From NCBI GenBank assembly GCA_032718475.1, contig JAUCBJ010007908.1, positions 31,626 to 95,625 of the forward strand: a stretch of DNA of 64,000 bases, given 5' to 3'. How positions within the stretch are numbered: the first letter of the stretch is position 1; each line of letters starts with the position of its first letter. The translations under genes were made by a program, and so were the position numbers. Below, piece by piece: positions 62,301 to 64,000 of this stretch. The stretch is from Nemertoderma westbladi. Taxonomy: Eukaryota > Animalia > Xenacoelomorpha. The notes beneath the pieces were generated by a model that made no database searches, was not told the DNA's origin, and was given only the letters and a program-made list of their open reading frames with translations.

Positions 62301-64000
62301 GGGGGTTGAGGTCGTGGCAGCCCAGGTAGGTGCGTTGTTGATATGGGAGGGGGTTGAGGTCGTGGCAGCCCAGGTAGGTGTGTTGTTGATATGGGAGGGG
62401 GTTGAGGTCGTGGCAGCCCAGGTAGGTGTGTTGTTGATATGGGAGGGGGTTGAGGTCGTGGCAGCCCAGGTAGGTGTGTTGTTGATATGGGAGGGGGTTG
62501 AGGTCGTGGCAGCCCAGGTAGGTGCGTTGTTGATATGGGAGGGGGTTGAGGTCGTGGCAGCCCAGGTAGGTGTGTTGTTGATATGGGAGGGGGTTGAGGT
62601 CGTGGCAGCCCAGGTAGGTGCGTTGTTGATATGGGAGGGGGTTGAGGTCGTGGCAGCCCAGGTAGGTGCGTTGTTGATATGGGAGGGGGTTGAGGTCGTG
62701 GCAGCCCAGGTAGGTGTGTTGTTGATATGGGAGGGGGTTGAGGTCGTGGCAGCCCAGGTAGGTGCGTTGTTGATATGGGAGGGGGTTGAGGTCGTGGCAG
62801 CCCAGGTAGGTGCGTTGTTGATATGGGAGGGGGTTGAGGTCGTGGCAGCCCAGGTAGGTGCGTTGTTGATATGGGAGGGGGTTGAGGTCGTGGCAGCCCA
62901 GGTAGGTGAGTTGTTGATATGGGAGGGGGTTGAGGTCGTGGCAGCCCAGGTAGGTGTGTTGTTGATATGGGAGGGGGTTGAGGTCGTGGCAGCCCAGGTA
63001 GGTGTGTTGTTGATATGGGAGGGGGTTGAGGTCGTGGCAGCCCAGGTAGGTGTGTTGTTGATATGGGAGGGGGTTGAGGTCGTGGCAGCCCAGGTAGGTG
63101 TGTTGTTGATATGGGAGGGGGTTGAGGTCGTGGCAGCCCAGGTAGGTGTGTTGTTGATATGGGAGGGGGTTGAGGTCGTGGCAGCCCAGGTAGGTGCGTT
63201 GTTGATATGGGAGGGGGTTGAGGTCGTGGCAGCCCAGGTAGGTGCGTTGTTGATATGGGAGGGGGTTGAGGTCGTGGCAGCCCAGGTAGGTGTGTTGTTG
63301 ATATGGGAGGGGGTTGAGGTCGTGGCAGCCCAGGTAGGTGTGTTGTTAATATGGGAGGGGGTTGAGGTCGTGGCAGCCCAGGTAGGTGTGTTGTTGATAT
63401 GGGAGGGGGTTGAGGTCGTGGCAGCCCAGGTAGGTGTGTTGTTGATATGGGAGGGGGTTGAGGTCGTGGCAGCCCAGGTAGGTGTGTTGTTGATATGGGA
63501 GGGGGTTGAGGTCGTGGCAGCCCAGGTAGGTGTCGTTGTTAATATGGGAGGGGGTTGAGGTCGTGGCAGCCCAGGTAGGTGCGTTGTTGATATGGGAGGG
63601 GGTTGAGGTCGTGGCAGCCCAGGTAGGTGCGTTGTTGATATGGGAGGGGGTTGAGGTCGTGGCAGCCCAGGTAGGTGTGTTGTTGATATGGGAGGGGGTT
63701 GAGGTCGTGGCAGCCCAGGTAGGTGCGTTGTTAATATGGGAGGGGGTTGAGGTCGTGGCAGCCCAGGTAGGTGTGTTGTTGATATGGGAGGGGGTTGAGG
63801 TCGTGGCAGCCCAGGTAGGTGCGTTGTTGATATGGGAGGGGGTTGAGGTCGTGGCAGCCCAGGTAGGTGCGTTGTTAATATGGGAGGGGGTTGAGGTCGT
63901 GGCAGCCCAGGTAGGTGTGTTGTTGATATGGGAGGGGGTTGAGGTCGTGGCAGCCCAGGTAGGTGTGTTGTTGATATGGGAGGGGGTTGAGGTCGTGGCA
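50347..64000. repeat. 48-bp intronic minisatellite, ~284 units, runs past the window end
   Basis: Unit CAGGTAGGT-(GCG/GTG/TCG/GTCG)-TTGTTGATATGGGAGGGGGTTGAGGTCGTGGCAGCC; no unique spacers. Confidence 0.98.

Noticed and set aside
50373-63558. Long ORFs of (VEVVAAQVGALLIWEG)n, and stop-poor mucin-like frames on the minus strand
   Set aside because: They arise from a 48-bp unit lacking stops, the frame is broken repeatedly by 49-bp units, there are no unique domains, and the array lies in an intron.
50347-64000. CRISPR-like regular array
   Set aside because: No unique spacers, no cas genes, eukaryotic context.

Overview
Animal (invertebrate-like) genomic DNA dominated by transposable elements. 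Bases 1-37933 hold two same-orientation copies of one very large BEL/Pao LTR retrotransposon. Copy 2 is complete at 22332-37933 (15.6 kb, ~1.2-kb LTRs, CTGAA target-site duplication) and sits inside a hAT-like MITE. Copy 1 starts before the window, ends at 20424, and carries a nested Mag-like Ty3/Gypsy element (11294-16085, TATAC TSD) whose RT/RNase H is replaced in frame by a 12-bp tandem array. Three features of the BEL family stand out: (i) no tRNA primer-binding site, but an 11-nt PBS-position sequence exactly complementary to an 11-mer inside its own LTR (Tf1-like self-priming geometry); (ii) a non-env third ORF with zinc knuckles and a basic C-terminus; (iii) a ~160-nt covarying RNA structure just upstream of that ORF, which also occurs in the 5' leader of the unrelated Gypsy element. 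Bases 38-49 kb contain piggyBac-like and Kolobok-like non-autonomous elements, two RTE-type LINEs and a 20-bp satellite. A TMEM117 coding exon (49834-50348) is followed from its splice donor by a >13.6-kb 48-bp minisatellite in which each unit carries a 5' splice-site motif. All calls come from manual reading; no database searches or folding programs were run.
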